A stretch of DNA of 64,000 nucleotides from Cyanophora paradoxa CCMP329 (GCA_004431415.1 QPMI01000478.1:62001-126000); one strand, 5' to 3'; counted from the stretch's first letter, positions 33,366-43,659 are shown. Numbers and translations: made by a program. The notes: generated by a model from the letters alone, not told the origin.

Positions 33366-33656
33366 TCAATTCGTCTCACTGGGGAGGGGGAGAGCCTCAA
33401 TCACGGCTACGCGAATATTCGAGAGTCTAAATCTGGCGCTGGGGCTGGCGACGGCATACAGGGTGATCTCGTTCTTGGCGGGATTGAGCATGATGTGCTG
33501 GAAGCAGTCGCCCTTGCGGCACTCCAGCGAGATGTTGCGCAGCAGCCTGCAGTAGTTGAAGCAGATCTCGCCGTTCTCGTCGAGATCCTCGTCCATGGCC
33601 TCGTACTCGAAGATGCCGAAGGTCAGGCAGCAGGTCTCGTACTTGGGGGCGCACAT
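33366..33656 (-). CDS. Small cysteine-containing viral protein
   Basis: ATG 33656; coding-like codon usage. Confidence 0.55.
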   Translation of the reverse strand: MCAPKYETCCLTFGIFEYEAMDEDLDENGEICFNYCRLLRNISLECRKGDCFQHIMLNPAKNEITLYAVASPSARFRLSNIRVAVIEALPLPSETN

Positions 33657-33911
33657 TCTCGGTTTCTCTTGGCTGTGAAGTGTGAGGCGAGAGCGCGGCG
33701 CGGCTGCGGTTTTGAGGCCGTTCAGGTGAGGGTCAGGTGAGCGCTCACCTGAAGAGGGGGGGAGAAGTGACGCGGACGCGAATACGTCATAGTCGAATAC
33801 GTCATAGTCCAAAACCTGGACTCGGGACTCGGCCCAGGCCCCGCCGGTAAAAAAATAAGCTCGGACTTGGCGCCATTTTCTGAACCCCGGCTAGCTGCTT
33901 AATCCAGTACC

Positions 33912-34313
33912 ATGGAGCCCGCCATCTCCCAGCTAGTCTCCCAGGGCGCCAAGCTCGACAAGGCCCTCAGTATCTACCTTCAGCTGATCGAGCTGGCCTG
34001 GCCGGAGCCAATGATAGCTCAGGCCTGCAAATCGCTCCACGTGGCGTTCGATGCGCCGTTCTCAGGTGACCCGACTCAGATGACATCCTGGACCAGGGAG
34101 GAGATAAAAGCCGACTTCGAGGCGCTTTTCTCATTTATGAGCAAGAAGTATGCCGAAATCGAAGCAGCTAAAGCCGCAGCCGCAGCCGAAGACGAAGGCG
34201 CAGAAGGCACCGAAGCCTCAGCCGAAGGCCCTGCCGGCGACGAAGGCACCGAAGTTCAAGGCGCTGGGCCCTCTGCAGAAGGCCAAGGCCAAGGCCGACC
34301 TGCTTCCGCGTAG
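33912..34313 (+). CDS. Viral hypothetical protein
   Basis: ORF after ATTTTCTGA motif. Confidence 0.6.
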   Translation: MEPAISQLVSQGAKLDKALSIYLQLIELAWPEPMIAQACKSLHVAFDAPFSGDPTQMTSWTREEIKADFEALFSFMSKKYAEIEAAKAAAAAEDEGAEGTEASAEGPAGDEGTEVQGAGPSAEGQGQGRPASA

Positions 34314-34578
34314 GCCCAAGGACATAGCCAAGGAGGCCAGCAGCCACAGGCCCGACTGGCCGGCGCCGGCGCCCTACCGCTACCTCAAGCTGGACAAGCG
34401 CAACGATACCGGCTTCACCAGGAGGAGGTGGCCTGAGCCCCTTCGGTGGCTGAAGCCAAGGGAGATCAAGTCTGGAGGCGGTATCGAGCTAGCGCTAGCG
34501 CTAGGAGGAGGCGGTGCAGACTTAGAGGAGCAGGCGCTGCTAGATACCATCAACTTGGGCAGGGTAGAGCTGAGCTAG
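34150..34578 (+). CDS. Basic K/P-rich protein overlapping the previous ORF
   Basis: 142-aa ORF in another frame. Confidence 0.4.
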   Translation: MPKSKQLKPQPQPKTKAQKAPKPQPKALPATKAPKFKALGPLQKAKAKADLLPRRPKDIAKEASSHRPDWPAPAPYRYLKLDKRNDTGFTRRRWPEPLRWLKPREIKSGGGIELALALGGGGADLEEQALLDTINLGRVELS

Positions 34579-35266
34579 CTAGCTGGTATCGATATCTAGC
34601 TAGCCTAGCGCTAGCCCAGTGCTTGATTAATTAACTGAAAGGTTGCGGAGGTTGCGGACGCGTCACAAATACGTCATAGTCGAATACGTCATAGTCCAAA
34701 ACCTGGACTCGGGACTCGGCCCGGGCCCTGCCGGTAAAAAAAAGAGACTTGAACAAAAACACCGTACCCCGGTATTTAACTTGAAATCATCATGACATCA
34801 TGTTCAAGTTGCTATGACATTAACTACATTCAAAAGCAATGAATGCAATAGTGTAGTCAAGCGATCGCGAAAGGATAGCGATAGGATCGGGATAGGATAG
34901 GTGACACGATAACGATAAGATAAGCTTGCAGATAACAGGGGTACAGTATTATTATTTGAAACTTGGCGAGAGTCTGGGCCCAGGTCCCAAGTCCAGGTTT
35001 TGGACTATGACGTATTCGACTATGACGTATTTGTGACGCGTCCGCAACCTCCGCAACCTTTCAATTGGACATTTGGACATTTGGACATTTGGACATTTGG
35101 ACATAACATGTACCCCCCTCCCCAGGGCCCGGGCCGAGTCCCGAGTCCAGGTTTTGGACTATGACGTATTCGACTATGACGTATTCGCGTCCGCGTCACT
35201 TCTCCCCCCATCCTACGTTCGCAGCCGCCGGGCACCTCCCACAATTTTCCGAGGTACCCAGCAAGC

Positions 35267-35560
35267 ATGGACTTTACTGACTGCGCAGGTATCAAGCAGG
35301 AGCCTGAGGACCTTCTCTCCGCCGCCGCCGCCGCCTCCGCCCCCAAGCAGCGCCGCCGCCGCGGGCCCAAGTCCCTCAGCTCCGAGCCCGAGATCCTGGC
35401 GACGCCGGTGCGCGAGCCAGAGACCGTGGACCTGACCGCAGAGGAGCCCGCGCGCGGCCCGCCCCGCCTCCTGATCCTGGCCGCGGCGGCCGCCGCGCTC
35501 TACTACGCCGCCCGGCGCCTGGGCCCGCAGCTCTCGGGCCTGGCCCGGAACCTTTTCTAA
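35267..35560 (+). CDS. Small protein with C-terminal hydrophobic helix
   Basis: Upstream AATTTTCCGA; LLILAAAAAALYY. Confidence 0.6.
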   Translation: MDFTDCAGIKQEPEDLLSAAAAASAPKQRRRRGPKSLSSEPEILATPVREPETVDLTAEEPARGPPRLLILAAAAAALYYAARRLGPQLSGLARNLF

Positions 35561-35570
35561 GTCTTGCCCA

Positions 35571-35912
35571 ATGGAGGCCCTGCTAGATCTCATGGCCTTT
35601 GCGCTGCCGATCTTCTTCCTGGTGGGCCTCAGCCGCATGGAGCGCGAGGCGCGCCAGCCCGAGCGCGTCGAGCGCGGCCTCACCCCCGAAGAGCAGCGCG
35701 GCCTCACCGAGTGGGACCTGGCGCTCATGGCCGGCCGCATGCTCAACGGCGATCGGCTCGAGGCGGGCCACCGCCTCAAGCTAGAGGACGGCGGCACGGC
35801 CGTCTGGACGGGCGAGGCCTGGACGCACGACTCGACGGGCGAGCCGATGAAGCTGCTCGCCTCCGGCAACAAGTACTGGCGCGGCGACTCGATGGAGTAC
35901 CGGCGGCCGTGA
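35571..35912 (+). CDS. Small protein with N-terminal hydrophobic helix
   Basis: Upstream TTTTCTAA; strong GC3 bias. Confidence 0.65.
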   Translation: MEALLDLMAFALPIFFLVGLSRMEREARQPERVERGLTPEEQRGLTEWDLALMAGRMLNGDRLEAGHRLKLEDGGTAVWTGEAWTHDSTGEPMKLLASGNKYWRGDSMEYRRP

Positions 35913-35938
35913 TTTTCTAGCCCTTCTACCAGCAAAGA

Positions 35939-36223
35939 ATGGCTGACCCCTCGCCCGACCCGGCCGCAGGCGTCGAGAGCGCGGGCAGCTCGGACGAGTA
36001 CTCGGAGCTCTCGGATCCGGATCCCGACGAGCCCTCCGACGCCTTCGCGACGGAGAACGAGCGCTCCCTCATGCGCATCTACGAGGCGCTGCGCGAAGCT
36101 ATCTACTGGGAGGACCCGCGCCTAGGGACCCTCATGAACTTCTCCAAGTTTGCCGAGTTCATGTTCGCTATGACCGTGCCCTTTACCCGAGTCGTGCTCT
36201 GGGATAGGAACAGGAACTGGTAG
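35939..36223 (+). CDS. Small viral hypothetical protein
   Basis: Upstream ATTTTCTAG. Confidence 0.6.
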   Translation: MADPSPDPAAGVESAGSSDEYSELSDPDPDEPSDAFATENERSLMRIYEALREAIYWEDPRLGTLMNFSKFAEFMFAMTVPFTRVVLWDRNRNW

Positions 36224-36656
36224 TATTGAGTACAGAGCCCTACGAGCTAGAGCTGCTATCGCCCGAGTCCAGGCGCGCCTTCTTGGCCTTGGAGCGGCGG
36301 AGGCGGGAGACGTACTGCAGGCGCAGGTTGCGCACGAGCAGCTCGCCGGCCGTGGTGCCCGGCAGCCCGGGAACCGCGTCCGTGGGCAGCAGCTGGCCCT
36401 CGCGTATAGCCTTGTACGTCTTGCGCTTGTTGAATGCAACCTTCTCCGTATCTTCCGTGCCGTCGTACTCGGACGTGGGAAGGAACTGCGAGGCGGTCTT
36501 GGGACTTCTAGAACCAGCGCGCGCTTGGCCTTCTTGATGGAGACTGCGTTCGCGCGCTCCAGCTTGACGCCGGGCTCCAGGGGGTAGCGGCGACTTCGTT
36601 CTCAGCGAAGGAGACACGGGGGAAGAGCCGCCGCGGGCATGGTTCGCTCGCTTTAC

Positions 36657-36983
36657 CTAGCGTTTAGAAAATAGCGCGCGAGCCTCGAGCACCAGGAGAC
36701 CCGCCACAACCGCTGCGGCGATGACCACGGCAACCTTGAGCCAGTGCCAGAAGCGCTCGGCCCCGTCCGTGAGCGCGCGGCCCGCCTTGCCCGGTGCGGT
36801 GAGTGCGGAGCCCAGCGCGCCCGCCGCAATGTCCGCCCACGCGCCTCCGTCGCCGCGCAGCACGTTCTCGCGGTTCTTCATCTCGACTGTGGCGCCGATC
36901 GCGGCGTTGAGCTCACCGAACTGCAGCCGCGGCGCGCCCTTGGGCCCAAAGGTCTTGGTGAGCAGCGCGTCGAGCCAGCTCAT
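36657..36983 (-). CDS. Small membrane protein
   Basis: C-terminal TM VAVVIAAAVVAGLLVL; upstream ATTTTCGAA. Confidence 0.65.
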   Translation of the reverse strand: MSWLDALLTKTFGPKGAPRLQFGELNAAIGATVEMKNRENVLRGDGGAWADIAAGALGSALTAPGKAGRALTDGAERFWHWLKVAVVIAAAVVAGLLVLEARALFSKR

Positions 36984-37012
36984 CTCTACTAGCTAGCGCT
37001 TCGAAAATCTAT

Positions 37013-37498
37013 CTAAATCGCGAAGCCGCGCAGGTACCAGACCATGAGGAGCGAGCCGCCGAGCGCCACGAGCAACGGCAGGTGCCCGTCGACCGCGCGC
37101 CGCGCCTCCCAGGCCCAGATCTCCTGGCGGCTCAGCTCGTTCGCGCCGTCGAAGTAAGCGCTGACGCCGTACTCGCGCGCGGGCGCAGGCTGCGCCCAGA
37201 TGCCGGCGCTCAGGCGCGGCGCCCCCTCTTTCTGCTGCTGCGAGGCCAGCGCCGCCGTCGCCGCGTGCGCCGCCTCGCGCTGGCCCGGGGCGATCGCTAC
37301 GAGGGGCAGGGGCCCGACGCCGCGGCCCTTGCCCGCAGCCTTAATCGACTTCAGCGCCGGCGGCGCCGGGTCCGCGCCCCTTAGCTTAGGCCCCTCGACC
37401 TTCGCCCCGCCCCCGCCCTTGGCAGCCTCGCCGATCTTGCTGCAGCGCGAGTCCGATTTGAACACCGTACACAACAGCTTCTCTACGGCGTTCGGCAT
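37013..37498 (-). CDS. Membrane-anchored viral protein
   Basis: C-terminal TM LPLLVALGGSLLMVWYL; upstream AAATTTTCTT. Confidence 0.65.
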   Translation of the reverse strand: MPNAVEKLLCTVFKSDSRCSKIGEAAKGGGGAKVEGPKLRGADPAPPALKSIKAAGKGRGVGPLPLVAIAPGQREAAHAATAALASQQQKEGAPRLSAGIWAQPAPAREYGVSAYFDGANELSRQEIWAWEARRAVDGHLPLLVALGGSLLMVWYLRGFAI

Positions 37499-37536
37499 GT
37501 TCAGACGTGTAACGTGAATGAAGAAAATTTAAAAGG

Positions 37537-37599
37537 GAGTATGGCTGCCACGGCAGCCTTGCTTACAGCAAGCTAAGCACAACATGTCTTGTCATGAAG
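37537..37599. repeat. Split direct repeat B, terminal copy (63 bp)
   Basis: Identical to 41357-41419. Confidence 0.95.
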
Positions 37600-38007
37600 T
37601 GAAGGTCTAGATTCGCGCTTGCCAAAGCCGCGAAGCTAAGATCATGACTCGCTCGCTCACAAGAAGGGCAAGCTGCAACTGCGCTCGAGGACATCAGCTA
37701 GCGCACGCTGCAGAGTGAGTCTTGCGGACGTAGAATGATTGAACATTAGTGATCAATTGTTGATCAATTATTCATCAAAAGATATCAATGGTTGGCACTA
37801 ACAATGGCTTAAAGATGACTGAAGGCATAGTAAACAATGGGCATTGCTAACACACATTGAAAGCGGCTAAGCAAAGCCGCTCGAGCGGCTAGGGAACAAG
37901 CCGCTCAGCAAGTTACACAGCTTGCCCTCGCTTGTGAGCGAGGGAGACAAGCGCCGACAGCACAGCAAAGGCGCACAACTGCGAAGCAAGACTCTAAGAC
38001 TAGACAA

Positions 38008-39008
38008 TCAACTACTGCGCCGAGTACGCGCGACTTGCTGCCGACATGACTGCAGCGAAGCTGACGGGCCAGCGTAACGAGCACCAGGCCTAGCCATGAG
38101 CGCAGCCAAGGGCGGGCGCTCAGCAGAATCGATATAGCGTCGGTAGACCGCTGACAACAAAGACCAGCGACCAACCGCTTGAACAAGCTCTTCAGGCACG
38201 CCCGCAGCAGCCAGAGCAGTAGCTCCACCGCGACGCAAGCCATGAGGTGTGATACCAGTGGCGTCCAAGCCCGCCGCGTCAAATGCGAACCGGAGAACAT
38301 AGGCCACGGTCTGAGCTGACAGAGAACGAGCTGCGTCCCGAAGCTGCCCAAAAAGAGGTGCGCCCGGATCCGCGAGCGCTAGAGTCCGCAAGTAGGTTCG
38401 AAACCAGAACACCGGACAGATGACCGACTCTGGGACGGCGCCCAAGACAACTTGCGCGCCTTGGCGACGACGATCGGTCTTGGAACCGGCAATGAAGAGC
38501 ACGACGCGATCCGCGCGGATGGACACATCTTGCCGCCGGAGTGCCACGATTTCGCCACGCCGCAACAGGCCAAAGAAACCGGTAAGCAACATCACAAGGG
38601 CGCGAAGGAGCTTGTTTGAGGGGAACGAGCGTAGGTACGAGCAATCGCCTCCAGGTGGACGGACGTGACCAATGCAGATTGCTTTGCTGGTTTTCCACAA
38701 AGTCGGGCGATTCCTTGCAATGTTTGCAGCACAAGGGGGTGAGCAAATGCAGTAGTAGGCAACATCCTCTGCCTTGTCTGATGTAGCAGAGCAGAGTGAC
38801 ACTGGTCAATTGCTGAGAGACCGTACTCTTCATCAGCAAGAGCCACCAGCAGTGTTGCGACGCCAGAAGCTGTTGGTGGCCAGGCTGGAATGCAGTGAAC
38901 CGCGCAATGGCCTTCATAGAGGACGACCCAGCGGGCGTAGAGGCTTTGGGTTCGCTCGCTCACAGAGTTTGTTCTGTAGAAAGTGACCCGGTTGAGCAGA
39001 TCAGCCAT
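38008..39008 (-). CDS. Tyrosine recombinase of the retrotransposon (one frameshift near 38620)
   Basis: GLLRRGE (R), GSKTD (K), HGLRRGGAT (HxxR), GRW, YRRY (Y); N-terminal part in ORF 38592-39008. Confidence 0.92.
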
Positions 39009-39164
39009 ACGAGCACCTGCATCACCAGAGTCAAGGGTATGTCAGACTACATTTCTTCTTCTTCTTTTTAAAGCCCCCCACTCAAGCTTTCTATCCCTGT
39101 TGCTGGACAAAGTAAGCTGAGCAGAGATGAGCAGGAGTTGAATTCTGCAGCAAGAGCCTTCAAT

Positions 39165-41129
39165 CTACTCCCACGACACATAAAGAGCAACAAGAATCCA
39201 GGAAGGCAACTGTGCCGAGCGAGGCCCGCGATAGCACACGTCATATGCTGGGCCAAGCACCATTGCAGGTGCACGCAAGGCAAGCTGCAACTGTGGCCAC
39301 CATGGAGCTGAGGGCCACTGAGGGACAATAAAAACTGCCGAGGCCCTACACTGGCGGACATGTGACACAAGGTGCAAGAGGACATTTGGGTCCGGAAAGA
39401 CGTAATTACGAGCACCACGCCAGGTTGCTGTAAAGCAATCATATCCTTCAGCATGTCGATCATTCAAATCAATGGAAAAGTATCGATTTAGGTGAGTGTT
39501 GGCTGATGAGGCCATACGATCAATATCAAAAGGTCCAAATGTCCGACTGACCATGGCAAAATACCCAGGTTTCAAAGAGTAGTCGGCGGGGTAAAAGTAG
39601 CGACTCAAAGCATCGGACCACTCATTGTCAACACCAGGAATGTGTTCTGCTTCAATGCTGATGCAATTGAGCAGAGCAATATCCCAAATTGCTGCTGCAA
39701 CTCGGCAAAGGTATTCATGTCTTCCGCCACCATTGTTGATGTAGGCCACAGTCACTGTGTTGTCCGAGCGAACTAAGATGTTCTGATTGCGCAATAAACC
39801 TTGATAGTGCTGCATAGCGCGAAGCACTGCCATTAACTCGCGCCACGACGAAATTTGCTGAGCTTCTTCTTGGTTCCACAGGCACTGGAATGGGGCAGGC
39901 TCAAGCTCCCAAGCCACAGGTTGAGCATCACCAATTCGGGTAGTGATCCAGGCTCCTGCACCAACATGGCTTGCATCCGTAGTCAACACAAAGAGCCTTT
40001 CAGGCCGAATAGGGCAGCGGCCATTGTATCGGTGGATGTTGGCCAGCCACCACTCAAGTTCCCGACGAGTCTCATTGGTGAGCTCCACTGGATGATTCCA
40101 ATGCCATTCTCTTGCCACGACATTGATGTATCGAAAGAGGGACCTGGTCTTGATGCGAGCTGGAGCCAAGCCCCGTGCCATGGACACAAGGGTGCCGGCG
40201 ACCTTGGCCATTTCACGTGCAGATGCTGATTTCTTTTTCTTCAGAAGCCCTTTGATCAAAGCAAGCAGACGACCAAGCTTGTCTTGGGGTACTTCAAACA
40301 ACATGCGGGCGGAGTCCACTATGAAGCCCAAGAAAGCCACCGACTGTGCTGGGGTGAGCTCAGATTTGCTGTTGACCACAAGCTTGAGGGCAGCAAATGT
40401 TTTGAGGACGAAATCCCGCAATTCACAGGCCTTCTCGTAGGTTGGAGCAGCAAACCACCAGTCGTCAACATAGTTCACCACGAAGATGCCAAAGCGGCGG
40501 AAGTAGTTGACCACTTGTCGCATGATCTTGACGAATGCAAACGGTGAGTGCTTGAGGCCGAAGGGCAAAACTGTGTACACATAGAATTTGCTGTCAAACT
40601 CAAAGCCCATGTTCCGCCAGTCTTGCGGTGAGACTGGCACGTGGTGGTATCCAGATTCAAGGTCAATAGTGAACATGTACCAGCCTTGGCGCAGCATGGC
40701 TGCAACATGCTCAAGAGTCTCATACTTGAAGGGGATGTCCGGAAGGCCTTTATTGGTAGGCCGGCCATCCCAGATGAGCCGCAACTTGGATCCAGTCTTC
40801 TTGGGCACCACGGACAGTGAGCAGACAATGTTCACTTGAGCTTCTTCAACTTCTCTGATCGCTCCCGTGCGCAAAAGCTTCTGAATTTCGGTTCTCACAA
40901 AGTCCTGATGGTCCACAGCCGCAGACTTGTGGTTGGCCCGGCGCTCTGCTGGCAGCCGCCTCGCTCCTGACAAAGGGAAACCACGCAAGATCCAGTTGAG
41001 CACGACATCATTGGCTCCAATCGCTCTCCACTGTTGGACTGCAGCTTGAATGCAGGATGCAACAAAGCCTCCTGCAAAGTGAGGTGAGGCCTTGCATTGG
41101 CAGACATGCCCAATTATCGCGGTGCCCAT
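39165..41129 (-). CDS. pol: Reverse transcriptase - RNase H - methyltransferase-like polyprotein
   Basis: KLRLIWD, IDLESGYHH, LPFGL, YVDD; RNase H TDAS, REL, SDN, HIPG..N..SDALSR; DIRS MT-like IDRMAS...VPQWPSAPWWP. Confidence 0.96.
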   Translation of the reverse strand: MGTAIIGHVCQCKASPHFAGGFVASCIQAAVQQWRAIGANDVVLNWILRGFPLSGARRLPAERRANHKSAAVDHQDFVRTEIQKLLRTGAIREVEEAQVNIVCSLSVVPKKTGSKLRLIWDGRPTNKGLPDIPFKYETLEHVAAMLRQGWYMFTIDLESGYHHVPVSPQDWRNMGFEFDSKFYVYTVLPFGLKHSPFAFVKIMRQVVNYFRRFGIFVVNYVDDWWFAAPTYEKACELRDFVLKTFAALKLVVNSKSELTPAQSVAFLGFIVDSARMLFEVPQDKLGRLLALIKGLLKKKKSASAREMAKVAGTLVSMARGLAPARIKTRSLFRYINVVAREWHWNHPVELTNETRRELEWWLANIHRYNGRCPIRPERLFVLTTDASHVGAGAWITTRIGDAQPVAWELEPAPFQCLWNQEEAQQISSWRELMAVLRAMQHYQGLLRNQNILVRSDNTVTVAYINNGGGRHEYLCRVAAAIWDIALLNCISIEAEHIPGVDNEWSDALSRYFYPADYSLKPGYFAMVSRTFGPFDIDRMASSANTHLNRYFSIDLNDRHAEGYDCFTATWRGARNYVFPDPNVLLHLVSHVRQCRASAVFIVPQWPSAPWWPQLQLALRAPAMVLGPAYDVCYRGPRSAQLPSWILVALYVSWE

Positions 41130-41197
41130 CTAGCACTGCTACAGCTGATGGTCCATGCAGCCGCTGGCTTGAAGATGGTGACACGCGAACGGGAAGA

Positions 41198-41419
41198 AGC
41201 TTAGAGGCCTTGGCTGCGAAGCAAGACTGAGGCTTGTACCCCAGGGGCGCACTTATAACTTGTAAGTGCGCCCCTTGTACATATGTGCGTAAGCAAGGCT
41301 GCCTTTATTTGGCAGCCATACACTGCCCTATGCTACGCTGACGCTCACATAGGTTCGAGTATGGCTGCCACGGCAGCCTTGCTTACAGCAAGCTAAGCAC
41401 AACATGTCTTGTCATGAAG
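41198..41419. repeat. Internal junction of repeats A and B, sharing a GA dinucleotide at 41357-41358
   Basis: Exact matches to both element termini. Confidence 0.95.
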
Positions 41420-42056
41420 AATATAAGAGTGAGCGTGTCAATGTGCTTGTTGGTTCAAGTCTTGAGCTCACATGCACACACAGTGCCACAATGCACCCAC
41501 AGTGCCACAACACATTTGCACAGGCATGGACTTTCTGGATGAATGCGCCAACCTGCGATATCAGCGGGAACAGTTGGCATCATGGAATCTTCGTACCCTT
41601 GTGTACTCCTCACCTGCAAAATGCACTAGGTTAATTTCAGAGCGCCCAGTATGCGATAGCGACACACGGGAAGGCCGGAGGGGCCAGGAGCTCGACAGCC
41701 AGCAGCACTCCTGACCTGTGCTGGAAACAGGTCAGTTGCCGGGAGTCAGCTGGGGCTCTGCCAGGTTGGAGTCATCCAGACGGCAATATATGCCACTAGC
41801 ATTGAAAAGAAAAGTAGACTACAATCACAGTCACACTTCACAGTGTTAACACATGCAAATGCACACAGGACCAATGCATAAAGCCACAGCACGCCGGCGC
41901 CACCACGGCTGGTAATGACTATGCCGCACCCGGCCACAATGCCGCACCCGGCCACATGTACACCATCACATGAAATGGAAGCATAATACATGTATTGCAT
42001 GTTTAGGGAAGCATACACGCACACTCTAGATCTTCTGAAGACTGCACTTGCATATG

Positions 42057-43236
42057 CTAGCAATACTTATGCTTGCAAGAACACACCGAAACACTAGTAT
42101 CTAGCGAAATGCGAAACGAAAACTGCGCGTCCACACAAGGGCGCGCACGTCTACTTGGGGGGTCGCGCCAGCCGGGGCGCGGCTCGTTCGGGCAATCCTT
42201 CACGACATGCCCGGGCTTGTTGCAGCGGAAACACATCCCGCTGTTGCGCTGCGACGGCGGGCGATCGCGGCCCTGGTGCTGGGGCCGCGGGTTGGCGTGC
42301 TGCACATACGGGCGCCCGCCGGCGGCCTCCGGGCCAGCAATGTTGAGCGCGTGCGCCAGCGCCGCAGCCGTGCCCCGATACTCCTCTGGCACACCTGACA
42401 GCCGCTCGGCAAGCTTGTCGCCGCCCTTGTCGCGAATGTCGATCCGCTTCCGGAGCTCGTCGAGGATTTTGAGGCTCTGCTTTACGTGATCGTAGCACGC
42501 AGTGCACGAAGAGCATCTCTTGAGCTGAAACTTAAGCTGCGATAGCTGCAGGGCAAGCTCACGAAGCCACGGGTTTTTGAGCTGCATAGCCTCATGGTTG
42601 TCTTTCTGCTGCTCGCCGAGCTGCTGCTGCTGCTGCTCTTGAAGCTTGATGACCGCGCTATCTATCCCACGCTGAAGTAGCTCAGCCCACGCTGGCGGAA
42701 GCGCACCCGCTGCCGGTTTGGTCGACGTTGGGGCAGTCGAGTTGCCAGCGGGTACAGCATAAGGGCCTTGAAGGTGACGGGTGAAGCCGGTTGACGGGCC
42801 AGCCGCGCCCGGATCCACTTGCGCCAAGTTCGGAAAGTTGCGCGCAGCCACTTGCTCTTCCTCGTCGTAGGCGCCACCGAACTGCTCACGCTGTGCCAGT
42901 CTAACGGCAACGTCGTCCTCAGGTTCATCTTCTGGGTCGGACTGCTGCTGGTCCGGATCCGGCGACACGGCTTTCTCCTTGCCTTTGCGAGATCGCGTCG
43001 GCGGAGGTGCAGGCTGCTCCTCCTCCGCACTGTCGTTGGCCGGAGCTTGAAGACGAGATGACGACCTCCGGCCTGGGGCGCGGGGTCGTCGCCGTCTTGG
43101 GTTTGGCCGACTTGCGCGCACCAGTGGCCGTTGACTTGCGTTTCTGCGCCGCCTCGGCACAGGCGACGAGCAGAATGATGGTCAAGACGACTACGAACAG
43201 AGGGGCCCACGATGGGCTCCTCCGCGAGCGAGCCAT
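42057..43236 (-). CDS. gag: Gag-like protein with CCHC zinc knuckle; probable start 43236 with a frameshift near 43040
   Basis: CFRCNKPGHVVKDC; ATG at 43236 lies 7 nt past repeat A. Confidence 0.8.
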
Positions 43237-43242
43237 GACCTC

Positions 43243-43403
43243 AGCTTAGAGGCCTTGGCTGCGAAGCAAGACTGAGGCTTGTACCCCAGGGGCGCACTTA
43301 TAACTTGTAAGTGCGCCCCTTGTACATATGTGCGTAAGCAAGGCTGCCTTTATTTGGCAGCCATACACTGCCCTATGCTACGCTGACGCTCACATAGGTT
43401 CGA
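43243..43403. repeat. Split direct repeat A, terminal copy (161 bp)
   Basis: Identical to 41198-41358; contains hairpin GGGGCGCACTTA...TAAGTGCGCCCC. Confidence 0.95.
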
Positions 43404-43467
43404 ACGTCGACGGACTTGAGCAACTTGGAAAAGGGAAAGGGGGGAATGAACGTTTGAAAAGGGAGAG

Positions 43468-43659
43468 TTAACGCCCGGCGGGGCGCATGCCGGCCGTCGC
43501 CTGCGAGTAGGAGCCGGGGGCGTAGAGGGTCTTGGCGGCGTAGCCGAAGCCCACGCCGATGACGGCCGAGGCCGTGGGCGTGCCGCCGAGGAGCCAGGTG
43601 AGGGTCGCGGCGAGGGCTCCTAGCGAGTAATGCGGGGGATAGCTGTCAGCGAGGGCCAT
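43468..43659 (-). CDS. Small hydrophobic viral protein
   Basis: ATG 43659 after TTTTTCTCA; two hydrophobic segments. Confidence 0.55.
   Translation of the reverse strand: MALADSYPPHYSLGALAATLTWLLGGTPTASAVIGVGFGYAAKTLYAPGSYSQATAGMRPAGR

Larger units (their letters stand above)
33757..35209. repeat. Nested inverted-repeat hub: four copies of AATACGTCATAGTCGAATACGTCATAGTCCAAAACCTGGACT (two +, two -)
   Basis: Outer pair ~33757-33840/35124-35209; inner pair ~34637-34710/34991-35063; (TTTGGACA)~5 at 35065-35104. Confidence 0.92.
37537..43403 (-). mobile_element. Tyrosine-recombinase retrotransposon (DIRS order, PAT-like split direct repeats) nested in the virus
   Basis: gag with CCHC knuckle, RT-RNaseH-MT, YR; repeat A 43243-43403 = 41198-41358; repeat B 41357-41419 = 37537-37599. 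Confidence 0.93.

Noticed and set aside
38008-39008. Tyrosine recombinase as the virus's own integrase
   Set aside because: It lies inside the A/B-bounded retroelement next to RT and differs in composition from viral genes
41198-43403. Repeat A copies as LTRs of an LTR retrotransposon
   Set aside because: No TG...CA ends, DDE integrase or protease; RT and YR lie outside the A pair
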